Part shown: positions 1-9,952 of the stretch, piece by piece
Layout of the letters: the number at the start of each line of letters is the position of its first letter
Numbering within the stretch: the stretch's first letter is position 1
IMG/VR virus record: IMGVR_UViG_3300035698_029580
DNA: 64,000 nt
Origin: a virus
Lineage: Duplodnaviria > Caudoviricetes
Reading direction: 5' to 3' (one strand)
Program-made: the position numbers and the translations under genes
Notes under the pieces: model-generated
Seen by the model: only the letters and a program-made list of their open reading frames with translations
Told to the model about the DNA's origin: nothing
Databases searched by the model: none

Positions 1-13
1 ACGTGGGTACAAT

Positions 14-433
14 ATGTTTTTGACTATTTTTAAAGAAAAAATTAAAGCACCTGAAGAAGGGACTGTAAACAAATCAGACCATATTGTTAAAAAAGAAGTA
101 GAAGGAATGTATGTTAGTAATGAGGGTTATTTAGCTGTTATTTCTAAGAAAAATAATAAATGGGATAGTTTTGAAGCATATCCTATTTTAGATGAAAAAT
201 TTATAGGTGAACCTTGTATTATATCTGTTTTTTTAGAAAGAAATTATTCTAAATGTCGTAGGGGAAAATGGTTTAAATGGAATGATCGTCAGTTTAAAAA
301 GTTAAAAATTGATGAAATACAAAAATTTTTACATAATAAAGTATTTTTAAGTTGGCCAGACAAAAATGACAAATACAGTGATTTGAAATGCAAAATAAAA
401 AAATTTAGAAGATTTACGAATGCCACCCGATAA
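14..433 (+). CDS. hypothetical protein
   Basis: 139-aa ORF, first of four overlapping co-oriented ORFs; no recognised motif. Confidence 0.6.
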   Translation: MFLTIFKEKIKAPEEGTVNKSDHIVKKEVEGMYVSNEGYLAVISKKNNKWDSFEAYPILDEKFIGEPCIISVFLERNYSKCRRGKWFKWNDRQFKKLKIDEIQKFLHNKVFLSWPDKNDKYSDLKCKIKKFRRFTNATR

Positions 434-773
434 TAATTCAAAAATACCAGAGTCTTTTAACGAAAGAGTATCCTATCCATTTTTGTGGTACAAATCTGAT
501 GATGATAGTTTAATTTACTTAGAAAAGGAGGAGGCTCATTATTTTGAAAAGATGAATAATTATTTATCTTTAATAATGGCTTGTGATGACAGTAAAGTGA
601 TAGGTTTTCAGTTAAAACAAGCTAAAACCATTTTAGAAGCCATAAATAAAGGGACCATTGTTGATAAAATGGGACTTAATAATCAATCAAAATATTCTCC
701 TCGTAGTCCTTCTGATGAAGAACCAAGTGTATTTGATAAAATGAAAGAAACAGATAATGCAGATGAACGTTGA
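420..773 (+). CDS. hypothetical protein
   Basis: 117-aa ORF overlapping both neighbours. Confidence 0.6.
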   Translation: MPPDNNSKIPESFNERVSYPFLWYKSDDDSLIYLEKEEAHYFEKMNNYLSLIMACDDSKVIGFQLKQAKTILEAINKGTIVDKMGLNNQSKYSPRSPSDEEPSVFDKMKETDNADER

Positions 774-984
774 TAAATCGGACGATACTTATATTTACAA
801 GATGTCTATTAGTAATGAAGAATTAAAACCAAAAACTTTGGTTAATTTAATAAAATTTGCGATAGATAGAATAACTGGTGAGGACTGTTCTGTAAAGGTA
901 CAGACTCTCAATAATGAATTTAGACTAGAAATACAGAAACCTTTAGGAGATAAATATGATAGACATAAAGAAACTTTTAGATGA
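757..984 (+). CDS. hypothetical protein
   Basis: 75-aa ORF in operon-like run. Confidence 0.55.
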   Translation: MQMNVDKSDDTYIYKMSISNEELKPKTLVNLIKFAIDRITGEDCSVKVQTLNNEFRLEIQKPLGDKYDRHKETFR

Positions 985-1705
985 TATTAATTTGCCTTTT
1001 ATGTTAGCAGAGCAAATTATGGGAATTATTAGTAAACGTAGTAACCCTGAGAATATGTATTGTGATTTTCATTACAATGCTAATAGTAATTCTATGACAG
1101 ATAATAAGCAAAATACTTTTTTTAAATGTGATCTGACACCAGAGGATGGATTTTTAAATGAATTTAAAACAGAATTATTTTCTGACGAATTTGCAAATCT
1201 TTCTGAAGAAGACCCAAGTATTAACGACAAGATAAAAAAAGTATTTGTTGCTGTTTCCGATATAATCAGCACTAGATATAGTGATGTTTGTCGAGATATT
1301 ATAAGAAAAAATTGTATGCCCACCTCTAAACCAGAAAATATGCCACTTTCTAATATAGAAGTTAAAGAAATGGAAATTGTAGATACATCTGCTATATACT
1401 CTCCTCCTGGACCATATATACTTAGTAATCCACCTCATTCTGAAATTTACTTGTCTCATCGGCACAATACGAGTATAAAAGAAAGAATGAAAGATCTTAT
1501 GGCTTATATTGCAGATAAAAATGAGAAAACTGGAAAATCATTTTTAGAAATATTTAACGAAGATAAAAAGGGAACCGACCGGCCTGAGTGTTTCTGGTGG
1601 GTATCTCCGGAAGCTTCATTCCGTAAAATTGATTGGGATTTAATCGTTTATTTCTTTGTTGATTATAGATTAGACAAACCTTTGGAGAAACCTGTTGATG
1701 CCTAA
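956..1705 (+). CDS. hypothetical protein
   Basis: 249-aa ORF with AGGAG SD. Confidence 0.7.
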   Translation: MIDIKKLLDDINLPFMLAEQIMGIISKRSNPENMYCDFHYNANSNSMTDNKQNTFFKCDLTPEDGFLNEFKTELFSDEFANLSEEDPSINDKIKKVFVAVSDIISTRYSDVCRDIIRKNCMPTSKPENMPLSNIEVKEMEIVDTSAIYSPPGPYILSNPPHSEIYLSHRHNTSIKERMKDLMAYIADKNEKTGKSFLEIFNEDKKGTDRPECFWWVSPEASFRKIDWDLIVYFFVDYRLDKPLEKPVDA

Positions 1706-1766
1706 TGATGAAAAAAATAATTTATGGGAAATAAAAAATAAATCTGATATTAAAAAAAATGGTTAT

Positions 1767-2079
1767 AAATAAGGTCTAAGAAAACCCCAAAGCTTGCCTT
1801 AGGGGACGAATTGCTAACTAAAAAATCTCAAGTTCTTTGAAAAGTGAGTATTTCATTAAGGCTTTTTAAATTTTTTAGTCGATACTTATATATGATATGA
1901 TAACCAAGTATCAAAAAAGAAAATATAGAAACTACCGTAGGGCATACGGGAAGTAACGCCTGTGGAGATGATAAGGTTACAGAACCACTTTGTGGTTCAG
2001 TGGTCGTCTGTGAAACAGGAAAAAGAATTCTTAATTTAGTTTAAGAAGAAGCCCCAAGGCTTGCCTTGGGGAGTGTCAC
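1767..2079 (+). mobile_element. non-autonomous IS200/IS605-family element (MITE/PATE), 313 bp
   Basis: Follows TTAT; left hairpin AAAA-CCCCAAAGCTTGCCTTAGGGG, right hairpin GAAG-CCCCAAGGCTTGCCTTGGGG then AGTGTCAC; blocks 1929-1978 and 2047-2079 are identical to the tnpB element at 56990-57039 and 57113-57145; no ORF. Confidence 0.9.
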
Positions 2080-2099
2080 TTGCTTAAAATTGCTCAGGA
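1921..2099 (+). ncRNA. TnpB omega-RNA (reRNA) scaffold plus flank-derived guide TTGCTTAAAATTGCTCAGGA
   Basis: Homologous to the 3-prime end of the tnpB element; ends approximate. Confidence 0.7.
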
Positions 2100-2224
2100 A
2101 ATAAGCTCTGAAAAGCTTACTGATGAAGAAAAAGTACAATTTAAAGAAATGATAGATATATTAAAAAAATCATAAGTTCTTTATTTGCAGTAAGATATAT
2201 AATATTCTTCTTCTTATATTATTA

Positions 2225-2255
2225 TTTTCCAGCATTATAATTTTTGCTGTATAAT
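2225..2255 (+). promoter_or_regulatory. TTTTCCAGCATTATA motif followed by TATAAT, upstream of ligase
   Basis: Exact 15-mer recurs at 13091 (+) and 37136 (-), each in sense orientation upstream of a gene run. Confidence 0.6.
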
Positions 2256-2303
2256 ACTATGTGAGATGGTGTTTTTTTAAAAATTTATTTTTAGGAAGTA
2301 AAA

Positions 2304-4379
2304 ATGAAAAATGTAGATTTGTTTGCTGAAGATGTTCCGGAAGAGGCTATAGAGTTAGAAGTAATAATTGCCAAATTAGACGAAATGTATGAAAGTGGGG
2401 ACGATTGTATACATCCTATCACTGGGGAATCCGTAACTGACAATGAATATGATTTTTTCAAGAAAAAATTATTTTTAATTTATCCTGAGTCTCATGTATT
2501 TCATAAAGTTGTTTCTGGGATAAAGAACAGGGGAAGAAATAAAATAAAACATGATCCTCCTATGACATCTATTGACAAATGCAATGGAACAGAAGATGAA
2601 AAAGGAAAAATTTTAAAGAAATGGCTTGGGGAACGTATACCATTTAATAAAGTTTTAGAAAAAAATATTTTTTGTATGTCTTTGAAGTATGATGGTATAG
2701 CATTATCTCTCACATATAAAGATGGTAAATTAAAAACAGCAGCTTTACGATCTGATGGTATAATGGGAGAAGATGTCACTGCATCAGTCAAACATATAGA
2801 TGGTATTTCATTGAAATTACCTATTTCTATCAGTTGTACTATAAGGGGAGAAGTTATTTGTCTCAAATCTGAATTTTTAAAAGTTAACAAAAAATTAGAG
2901 CAAGAGGGAATGCCAATTAAGGCAAATCCTAGAAATCATGCTGTCGGTGTTCTTCATAGAGAGAATTCTGATGAAGTAAAAGATATGGGGTTGAAGTTTG
3001 TAGCATATAATATTATTGATTTTAAAGATGCTCCCTATGAAACTGAGATTGAGAGGGCTAATTGGGCTGTTGAAAATTTAAATCTTAATTATATTCGTAT
3101 TGTACCATTTGATTATTTTCTTTTGGAGAAATGGGAAGAAACCCATCGGCAGTTGGATTTTCTTGTAGATGGAATTGTTATAGCAGCAAACAATATAAAA
3201 CATCAAGAAGGGTTGGGTACTACTGGAAGTTCGGCTACAGGCAATCCCAAGGGGAAAATAGCATATAAATTTGCTGATGAAGTAAAAAAGGTTGTTGTCA
3301 AAGATATTATATGGGATACTGGTAGGACCGGTCATATAACACCTGTTTTACATTTTGATGGTGTTAATCTTGAGGGAACAGTTGTTTCTAAATGTACTGC
3401 TCATAATTCTGGTGTAGTTATAAATGAGAAGATTGGGATTGGTTCAGTAATTGAAGTTATTAAGTCTGGTAAAATTATTCCAAAGTTGAAACGAGTTGTT
3501 AGAAGTAAGGGCTTTTCTGGTTTGCCGGATAAATGTCCTGTTTGCGATAGTACTCTTCATAGGGTGAGTGGTAAAGATGAAGCACAAAGTCTCTTTTGTA
3601 GGAATTCAAATTGTCCTTCTCAAGTAATAAAAAATGTTATTCATTATTTAAACATAATAGGGATCAAAGGGGTTGGTGAATACGTTCTTAATAAAATAAG
3701 TGAACATGCTAAAAGTTTGAATATTAATCTTTTATATTCTTTAAGTTATCAACAATTAATTGATGAATTTGGAATAAGTCCAAGAACAGCATTGTTAACG
3801 GTAGCAAGAATTAATATGATTTCTTCTGCGGAAAAAATGGAAGATGATGAATTAAAATCTGAGATTAAAAAAATATTTAATAAAAAGAAAAAAATTCCTA
3901 TTGCCACATTTTTTGCTGCTTTAGGGATAAATGAGGCTGGAAAAGAGGCTGGTAAATTATTATCTAATCATTTTGGTAATTGGGCACAGATTAGGAATGC
4001 CTCTGCAATAAGTTTAGAAAATATTGCAGGAATTGGACCTATCTCAGCAAAAAATATTTGTGAATTTTTTCAAAATTGGGGAGAAGGTATTGATGATTTA
4101 TTGGAAAATTACGTTGAATTGGAATTACCATCAAAAGGAATTTTAACTGGAAAAAGTTTTGTCTTTACAGGTGGCTTTCCTGGTGGTAAAAAGAAATGGC
4201 AATTAGAAGTAGAAAAAGCCGGAGGACAGATTAAAGGCAGTGTTTCCAAACAAGTGGATTTTGTTGTGGCTGGAACGGACTCTGGTAATAAATCCAAAAA
4301 AGCTAAAGAACTTAAGATAGAAATAATTGATATTAATGAATTACAGGATTTATTAAAAGTTAGGAGTTTCAATGTTTGA
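2304..4379 (+). CDS. ligA: NAD+-dependent DNA ligase
   Basis: KYDG adenylation motif, NPRN, DGIV, AYKF, GRTG, C4 Zn finger, HhH repeats, C-terminal BRCT (FVFTG...SVSKQVDFVVAG). Confidence 0.95.
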   Translation: MKNVDLFAEDVPEEAIELEVIIAKLDEMYESGDDCIHPITGESVTDNEYDFFKKKLFLIYPESHVFHKVVSGIKNRGRNKIKHDPPMTSIDKCNGTEDEKGKILKKWLGERIPFNKVLEKNIFCMSLKYDGIALSLTYKDGKLKTAALRSDGIMGEDVTASVKHIDGISLKLPISISCTIRGEVICLKSEFLKVNKKLEQEGMPIKANPRNHAVGVLHRENSDEVKDMGLKFVAYNIIDFKDAPYETEIERANWAVENLNLNYIRIVPFDYFLLEKWEETHRQLDFLVDGIVIAANNIKHQEGLGTTGSSATGNPKGKIAYKFADEVKKVVVKDIIWDTGRTGHITPVLHFDGVNLEGTVVSKCTAHNSGVVINEKIGIGSVIEVIKSGKIIPKLKRVVRSKGFSGLPDKCPVCDSTLHRVSGKDEAQSLFCRNSNCPSQVIKNVIHYLNIIGIKGVGEYVLNKISEHAKSLNINLLYSLSYQQLIDEFGISPRTALLTVARINMISSAEKMEDDELKSEIKKIFNKKKKIPIATFFAALGINEAGKEAGKLLSNHFGNWAQIRNASAISLENIAGIGPISAKNICEFFQNWGEGIDDLLENYVELELPSKGILTGKSFVFTGGFPGGKKKWQLEVEKAGGQIKGSVSKQVDFVVAGTDSGNKSKKAKELKIEIIDINELQDLLKVRSFNV

Positions 4380-5130
4380 AGATATGGTTATAAAATACTT
4401 TGATTGTGAATGTTTAGACAGAGATCATGCTATTCGTTTCATGTACTTTCCAGAAATAGACTCTGCTAAATCAGAATTATATCTAGGTCTTAAATTTGGC
4501 CGAAATTATTATACTAATTGGGTGCCAAATTTAATTGAGTTTTGGAGAATGGCTAAGGACATGTCTGTTGTGGAAGAAGATTATGTTAGTGAGATAAAAT
4601 GGTTTTGGAGTTATTTTTGGAGATTTTTATTTATAAAGCGTATTGCTTTGGGTTTTTATCATTTAATTAATAAAGATCACGAATTGGATGGATATGGTGA
4701 TACCATTATTTCTCATGGTGGTCCCCATAAATTGGCTGAATTTTTAGAAAAATATTGTAATGATTGTAAATATGAAGAAGAACATACAGAAAAATTACGT
4801 TTTTATGAAGTAGAAAATAATGAATTTATTTTACGTATTGGGTATGATAGAAAAGATATGTTTGATTTTAATTGGCATCCTGAGTTAGTTACCAGTAGAT
4901 TTTTTATTAAGAAAAAGTGGTATATTAGATTAAAACAGTTTTTCAAGTGTGTTTTTGGTACATATAGTCATACGGAAGACACATATGAAATAAGTCCTTC
5001 TCAAGCACATAAAATAGTTAATGTAATAAAAACACATCAAACAGAATTAATTGAAAGAAATAAAAAGTGGGAAAAAGAAAAAGAAACATTTAAGGGGGGA
5101 ATTTATGCAGCGAAAAATAAAAAAGTATGA
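4372..5130 (+). CDS. hypothetical protein
   Basis: 252-aa ORF with SD, overlaps ligase stop. Confidence 0.7.
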   Translation: MFEDMVIKYFDCECLDRDHAIRFMYFPEIDSAKSELYLGLKFGRNYYTNWVPNLIEFWRMAKDMSVVEEDYVSEIKWFWSYFWRFLFIKRIALGFYHLINKDHELDGYGDTIISHGGPHKLAEFLEKYCNDCKYEEEHTEKLRFYEVENNEFILRIGYDRKDMFDFNWHPELVTSRFFIKKKWYIRLKQFFKCVFGTYSHTEDTYEISPSQAHKIVNVIKTHQTELIERNKKWEKEKETFKGGIYAAKNKKV

Positions 5131-5214
5131 TTTTCATTTAAAAGTGATTTTTTTAAGATATAATGAATGTCGTGTCAGATTTGAAAATTTTTTAGAAGAA
5201 AGGACAGAAGTATT

Positions 5215-5889
5215 ATGTTCAGTATCACAAAAGAAACGATTAATTGGTTAAGATTTAAGAAGAACATGTTTATTAAGAAAAATTTTAGGGCTGGTGTTCG
5301 TAGTGGCAGAATGGCAATAGAAAATGCTAAAGTAGAATTGGAGAAAATTGGATCTCGTATTTGTGAGTTTGCTGGGCACATAAAGGCACAGGAAAAGACT
5401 CTTGATGCATTAAAGGAAGAGTTAGGGAGATGGGAACAATTATCTGCCAAAGCAGTTGAGTCAAAGAATGAGAGTGATGTAAGAATAGCAGTAAAAAATA
5501 AATTTAGAATAGAAACTCACATTGCAGAGCTTGCTGACCAAATAAACAAAGATAATGAGATACTTCAGTCCATCCAGGCTCAACATAGAGAGCGACAAAA
5601 TAAGTTGTGTCAAGCTGAAAAGCATTTCTTACAGCTTTTAATTCGTAAGGAAAATGCTGCTATTCGTAAAGAAATGAAAGCAACAGAATGTGGAATTTCT
5701 TCTAGTTCTTCTTTTGCTCAATTGGATGATTTTGAAAAAGAGGTTAATAAAGAAGAGTGTGAGGTTGAGGCCATTGAGGAAATGGCAACTGTCACATCCG
5801 GAGAGTCTATTGCAGCACTGGAAGAAAAATATAATAGCAACGACGATATTACAATAGAAGATGAAGTAAAAAGATTATTAAATAAATAA
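5215..5889 (+). CDS. pspA: PspA/IM30 (Vipp1-like) coiled-coil protein
   Basis: All-helical 224 aa; WEQLSAKAVESKNESDVRIAV and SSFAQLDDFEKEVNKEECEVEA...LEEKY...IEDEVKRL resemble PspA. Confidence 0.75.
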   Translation: MFSITKETINWLRFKKNMFIKKNFRAGVRSGRMAIENAKVELEKIGSRICEFAGHIKAQEKTLDALKEELGRWEQLSAKAVESKNESDVRIAVKNKFRIETHIAELADQINKDNEILQSIQAQHRERQNKLCQAEKHFLQLLIRKENAAIRKEMKATECGISSSSSFAQLDDFEKEVNKEECEVEAIEEMATVTSGESIAALEEKYNSNDDITIEDEVKRLLNK

Positions 5890-5900
5890 TTTTTATAAAA

Positions 5901-6116
5901 TTGTTAAGTATGAAAAACTCCCCTAAATTTAAGTTTAAGGTGGGGGATACTGTAAAGTACCATCCTCTCATAGGAGGGGAAGATGATGGAAAGGTATACA
6001 GGGTTGTTTTAGCTAGAGTTTTATGGCCGAACAACCCTGTATATCATCTTGAACATAGGGCAGGATGTGTAGTTGAAGCATCTTTGACAAAGATTAAAAC
6101 AAGAGAGAAAAAATGA
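5901..6116 (+). CDS. small hypothetical protein (KFKVGDTV beta-barrel type)
   Basis: ORF track; typical phage KFKVGD N-terminus. Confidence 0.5.
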   Translation: MLSMKNSPKFKFKVGDTVKYHPLIGGEDDGKVYRVVLARVLWPNNPVYHLEHRAGCVVEASLTKIKTREKK

Positions 6117-6352
6117 TTGAAACATGTATTGTTCTTGATATGTGGTATAAACTTTATTGTCCTAAATGTAATAATATAAATTGGTTAGAAGCAGATTGTG
6201 TTGAAGAAGAACATGAAGAAAATGGTAATTTATATGACGCTTGTATATGTTGTCATTGTCAAGAAACTTTTTGGATAACAGATTTAATTAAAGAATTTGC
6301 AGAAGATATTAATGAAGCCTGTATAGGTGAAGGAAAAGAAAGTCCTTATTAA
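6113..6352 (+). CDS. Zn-ribbon protein, paralog of 19147-19380
   Basis: WYKLYCPKCNNINW...CCHC. Confidence 0.65.
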   Translation: MIETCIVLDMWYKLYCPKCNNINWLEADCVEEEHEENGNLYDACICCHCQETFWITDLIKEFAEDINEACIGEGKESPY

Positions 6353-6359
6353 TTAAATT

Positions 6360-6947
6360 ATGTTATATTACAATGATTGTCTTGTTTATTATGTAACAAA
6401 AGAGTATTTTGTTCTTCCTCCTAAATCATTAAAAAACGACATTTATTTACAAAGTTTATTTTGTCTTTTATGCGAAAGCGAATTTTATTGTTTTGATTCT
6501 TTTCTTAGTTTTACATGGTCTAATGCCCAAATATTTGATGATTATATTTTTAAGTTGTTCTCTCGTTTAAAAAAACATAATACCAAAGAATTAGATAAGA
6601 AAGTAAAAGATTGGAGTTTATCTCAACGTTCTATTAAAATTATTTCTGATTTTAAAAATTATTATGAGAAAGAATTAAAAAACATTCGTTCTATGGAAAT
6701 AATTGGTACAGTATCTTATTTGAATTCTGTTAATTGGTATAATTATTCCGACAAAGAATTTGTAAAATTCTTTTTAGATCATAAGAAACAATGTTTTTAT
6801 GACGATTCTGATATAGGCGTTTTTGAGATTAAATTGGCAAGAAAAAAAATATTAGACAGAAAAAAGAAACCAGAAAAAAAGACAGTAAATAAGCCTAAAA
6901 TAGAAAATATTAAAGGAAAAAACAGATGGGAACTGATGGATCTGTGA
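6360..6947 (+). CDS. hypothetical protein
   Basis: 195-aa ORF. Confidence 0.6.
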   Translation: MLYYNDCLVYYVTKEYFVLPPKSLKNDIYLQSLFCLLCESEFYCFDSFLSFTWSNAQIFDDYIFKLFSRLKKHNTKELDKKVKDWSLSQRSIKIISDFKNYYEKELKNIRSMEIIGTVSYLNSVNWYNYSDKEFVKFFLDHKKQCFYDDSDIGVFEIKLARKKILDRKKKPEKKTVNKPKIENIKGKNRWELMDL

Positions 6948-7165
6948 AAAAAGAACATTTTTGTCCTTCTTGTGGAAAAGGAAAAATGAGGATTATTTAT
7001 GGTACATTTAAATTTGATCCTCCACAAAATATTCCTGGAGGAACGATGACAATACCAGATGTTATGTGGGAAGAATGTGAAATATGTCATGAGATTCTTC
7101 AACCTGATACATTAAAAATAGAATTAGAAAAAGAATATAAAAAAAGAATAAACACTAAAACTTAA
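6926..7165 (+). CDS. YgiT/MqsA-type zinc-finger protein (no HTH)
   Basis: CPSCGKGKM...TIPDVMWEECEICHEIL. Confidence 0.6.
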   Translation: MGTDGSVKKEHFCPSCGKGKMRIIYGTFKFDPPQNIPGGTMTIPDVMWEECEICHEILQPDTLKIELEKEYKKRINTKT

Positions 7166-7176
7166 AGGAGCAATTT

Positions 7177-7560
7177 GTGAAAGTAGAATTTCCAGTAAGA
7201 ACTGTAACGGTATATCAATGTGGAGATGGTAGCATAATTGAAGAACATAAGAAATCTTTTACTATAGAAAGAGATATGAAAGAGCAAAAAGAACCCGTAA
7301 ATATAGATATGGATGATGTTTTATATATAGGAGTATTTCAACTACCGTTGCCTAATGGTGGGTCTCATGATATAAAATTTAAAATACCAGCCGAAAGTAT
7401 ATCCGAAGCATTTGAGAGATTTCCGGAGGCAGTAGAGAGTGTCATGCAACAAATACAAAATCAACAGTCTGATATTGTTACAGCATCGGAACAAGATATT
7501 AATATGTTAAATTCTATGTCTGATCAAAACAGTTCTCCTGGTGGCATTATACTAAATTGA
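7177..7560 (+). CDS. hypothetical protein
   Basis: GTG start with AAGGAG SD. Confidence 0.7.
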   Translation: MKVEFPVRTVTVYQCGDGSIIEEHKKSFTIERDMKEQKEPVNIDMDDVLYIGVFQLPLPNGGSHDIKFKIPAESISEAFERFPEAVESVMQQIQNQQSDIVTASEQDINMLNSMSDQNSSPGGIILN

Positions 7561-7919
7561 ACAAACGTAAAAGATATCTATTCGAAATTTTCCTAAAGAC
7601 TAGTGGACAATATGATTATTATAAAGAGATTCTATCATCTTGTTTATTATCTTTGTCTGCTAAACACGCTGGGATTTCAGAAGATAAGCTATTATATATA
7701 ATTCAAAGATTTGATGTTGAATTTTTATGTGAAGAAATTTTTGATGTATATAACAGTATTTTTTCAACTGAAGAAATTGAAAAATTAATTGATTTTTACA
7801 ATGGGAAAATAGGTAAAAAATTGGTATCTAAATCTTTTGTAAAACAATCTTCTGGAGTATTAAAAAATATTATAGATAAGATAGAGAAAGAAATGACAAT
7901 CTATGAAAGAGAATTATAA
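7557..7919 (+). CDS. DUF2059-like protein
   Basis: YNSIFSTEEIEKLIDFYNGKIGKKL motif. Confidence 0.6.
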   Translation: MNKRKRYLFEIFLKTSGQYDYYKEILSSCLLSLSAKHAGISEDKLLYIIQRFDVEFLCEEIFDVYNSIFSTEEIEKLIDFYNGKIGKKLVSKSFVKQSSGVLKNIIDKIEKEMTIYEREL

Positions 7920-8460
7920 GTTTAAATACGATAAAAAATATTATTACAATTTTTTTTATACTCATTCTCACACAGCAAAATTAATATCTGATATTAGGTG
8001 GAATTTTATTTCTTATTTAAAACCTAAAATAGTTTTGGACTATGGAGCGGGATGTGGTTTTTTAAGTAAATATGCACCAAGTGATATAGTTATGGATTCT
8101 TATGATATAGGTATGTTAAATGGAGAATCCTATCCTCAGACAGGTATACTTCATGATAAGTATGATTTAATATTTTGTAATGATGTATTAGAGCACGTTG
8201 ATTGGGAGAGTGAACCAGATAAAAAAATGGAAGAGATGTTTTTAAAGACAAAATATATTTGTGCTAGTGTACCAATTATAGCAGAAGATAAGAAATTAGA
8301 AGAATGGAAACATTATAAACCTGGAGAACATCTTACCAATTTTGATTATAAAACAATAATTAGTTTTTTTGTATCACGTGGATTTTCCGTAATTAAATGG
8401 GGTTTTCCAGAATGTCCTCCGAGAGAAGATGTTGCCACAATAATTGTTGAGAATAAATGA
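7903..8460 (+). CDS. class I SAM-dependent methyltransferase
   Basis: VLDYGAGCG; YDLIFCNDVLEHV. Confidence 0.85.
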   Translation: MKENYKFKYDKKYYYNFFYTHSHTAKLISDIRWNFISYLKPKIVLDYGAGCGFLSKYAPSDIVMDSYDIGMLNGESYPQTGILHDKYDLIFCNDVLEHVDWESEPDKKMEEMFLKTKYICASVPIIAEDKKLEEWKHYKPGEHLTNFDYKTIISFFVSRGFSVIKWGFPECPPREDVATIIVENK

Positions 8461-9410
8461 AATTAATACCTCATCATACTCCTTTTCAGGAAAAATTATT
8501 ATATCCTCAAGAAATAAGGAGAATAATCTTAAAACAGAAAAATTCTCCTGGGGATATTTTAACTTTTACAAGGGCTTTAGCAGATTTAAAATTAACTTTT
8601 CCAGAATGGGAAATTGATGTTAGAAGTCCCTGTCCAGAGATATTTGAAAATAATCCTCATCTTACTCCTTTAGATGAAAAGGATCCAAACGTAGAAATAC
8701 ATGAAATTGGATATTCAGATATAAATCAAAGTGGGTGGAGTGGTTTACATTATACAGATGCTTTTAGAAATGATATGGAGAAGAAATTAGGGGTAAAAAT
8801 AAATAAAACAGGAATTAAACCTGAGCTTTATATATCTGATTTAGAAAAGGGTTGGATAAATCATGTAGAGTGTGAATTTGGATGGAAGGGAAAATTTTGG
8901 CTTTTAAATGCTGGAAGAAAAGCAGATAATGAGTTAAAATTTTATGATGGATGGCAACAAGTAGTTAATCTTTTAAATAATTATTTTGAAGATCAGGTAA
9001 AAATTGTACAGATAGGACATAAAAATCATATACATCCTAAATTAGATGGAGTATTAAATTTAGTAGGTAAGACTGATTTAAGACAATTAATAAGATTATG
9101 TTATTGGTCTGAGGGAACAATGGGTCCTTTGTCTTTTCAATTTGTTATGGCTGCTGCATTCGAAAAGCCTGGGGTGGTAGTAGCTGGAGGCAAAGAAGGA
9201 GTTCGATGGCACATATATCCTCACATACGTCATTTATGTGTTAATGGTGCTATTGATTGTTGTAAGTGGGATGGATGTTGGTTAGGTGGAGAGAAGGGAC
9301 AATGTAAGCATTTAATTGATGGTGTTCCTCTTTGTTTTAGTATGATTGAACCATATATGATAGCAGATGCAGTAAAAATGTATTATGAAGGTGGAGTGTT
9401 AGAGAAATGA
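8457..9410 (+). CDS. GT9 (heptosyltransferase-like) glycosyltransferase
   Basis: PGDIL, IFENNPH, NLVGKTDLRQL, AAAFEKPGVVV. Confidence 0.8.
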   Translation: MKLIPHHTPFQEKLLYPQEIRRIILKQKNSPGDILTFTRALADLKLTFPEWEIDVRSPCPEIFENNPHLTPLDEKDPNVEIHEIGYSDINQSGWSGLHYTDAFRNDMEKKLGVKINKTGIKPELYISDLEKGWINHVECEFGWKGKFWLLNAGRKADNELKFYDGWQQVVNLLNNYFEDQVKIVQIGHKNHIHPKLDGVLNLVGKTDLRQLIRLCYWSEGTMGPLSFQFVMAAAFEKPGVVVAGGKEGVRWHIYPHIRHLCVNGAIDCCKWDGCWLGGEKGQCKHLIDGVPLCFSMIEPYMIADAVKMYYEGGVLEK

Positions 9411-9952
9411 TTTATACTTTTATACCATATGCCCCTGATAAAACACATGATTTAGGCTCTACTTATAATCATTATATGACATTAATAAAAGAAGATGATT
9501 GGGCATGTTTTGTTGATCATGATGCAATGTTTACTACTTCTTCTTGGTATGAACAACTTGAAGATATTGTAAGCTCAACTAAATATGGTTTATTAACAAC
9601 TATAACAAATAGAATTTTACATTCTTATCAACAAGTACCAGGTATTTCTAGATATAAACGTAATCATGATATTCAGTTACATAGACAAATAGGTAAAATG
9701 AGGCAGGAAAAATATGGAAATCAAATACAAGAATCTCCAGGAGCCATTGGAGGAGTTGTACTTTTAATTAGGAAAAAAGTATGGCAAGAAGTAGGCGGGT
9801 TTAGAATTCATAAATTATATACTGTAGATAAGGATTTTTGTGGTAGAATTTTAAAAAACGGTTATAAAATAGGTATAATGCTGGGAGTATATATTTACCA
9901 TTGGAGGAGAGCGGCTTTAAATGATTCCTATAGCCTTGAGAAACTACAATAG
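9407..9952 (+). CDS. GT-A fold glycosyltransferase (GT2-like)
   Basis: WACFVDHDAMF (DxD), VWQEVGGF, DFC, YIYH. Confidence 0.75.
   Translation: MIYTFIPYAPDKTHDLGSTYNHYMTLIKEDDWACFVDHDAMFTTSSWYEQLEDIVSSTKYGLLTTITNRILHSYQQVPGISRYKRNHDIQLHRQIGKMRQEKYGNQIQESPGAIGGVVLLIRKKVWQEVGGFRIHKLYTVDKDFCGRILKNGYKIGIMLGVYIYHWRRAALNDSYSLEKLQ

Larger units (their letters stand above)
1698..2175 (+). pseudogene. small gene (~54 aa) interrupted by IS605-type MITE
   Basis: ATG 1698 reads MPNDEKNNLWEIKNKSDIKKNGY; removing 1767-2079 joins it in frame to LLKIAQEISSEKLTDEEKVQFKEMIDILKKS-stop (2080-2175). Confidence 0.75.

Noticed and set aside
1767-2079. IStron (group I intron plus IS) explanation for the in-gene MITE
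   Set aside because: Only ~150 AT-rich nt precede the omega-RNA, no P7-like core is visible, and the element ends in TCAC rather than a terminal G.
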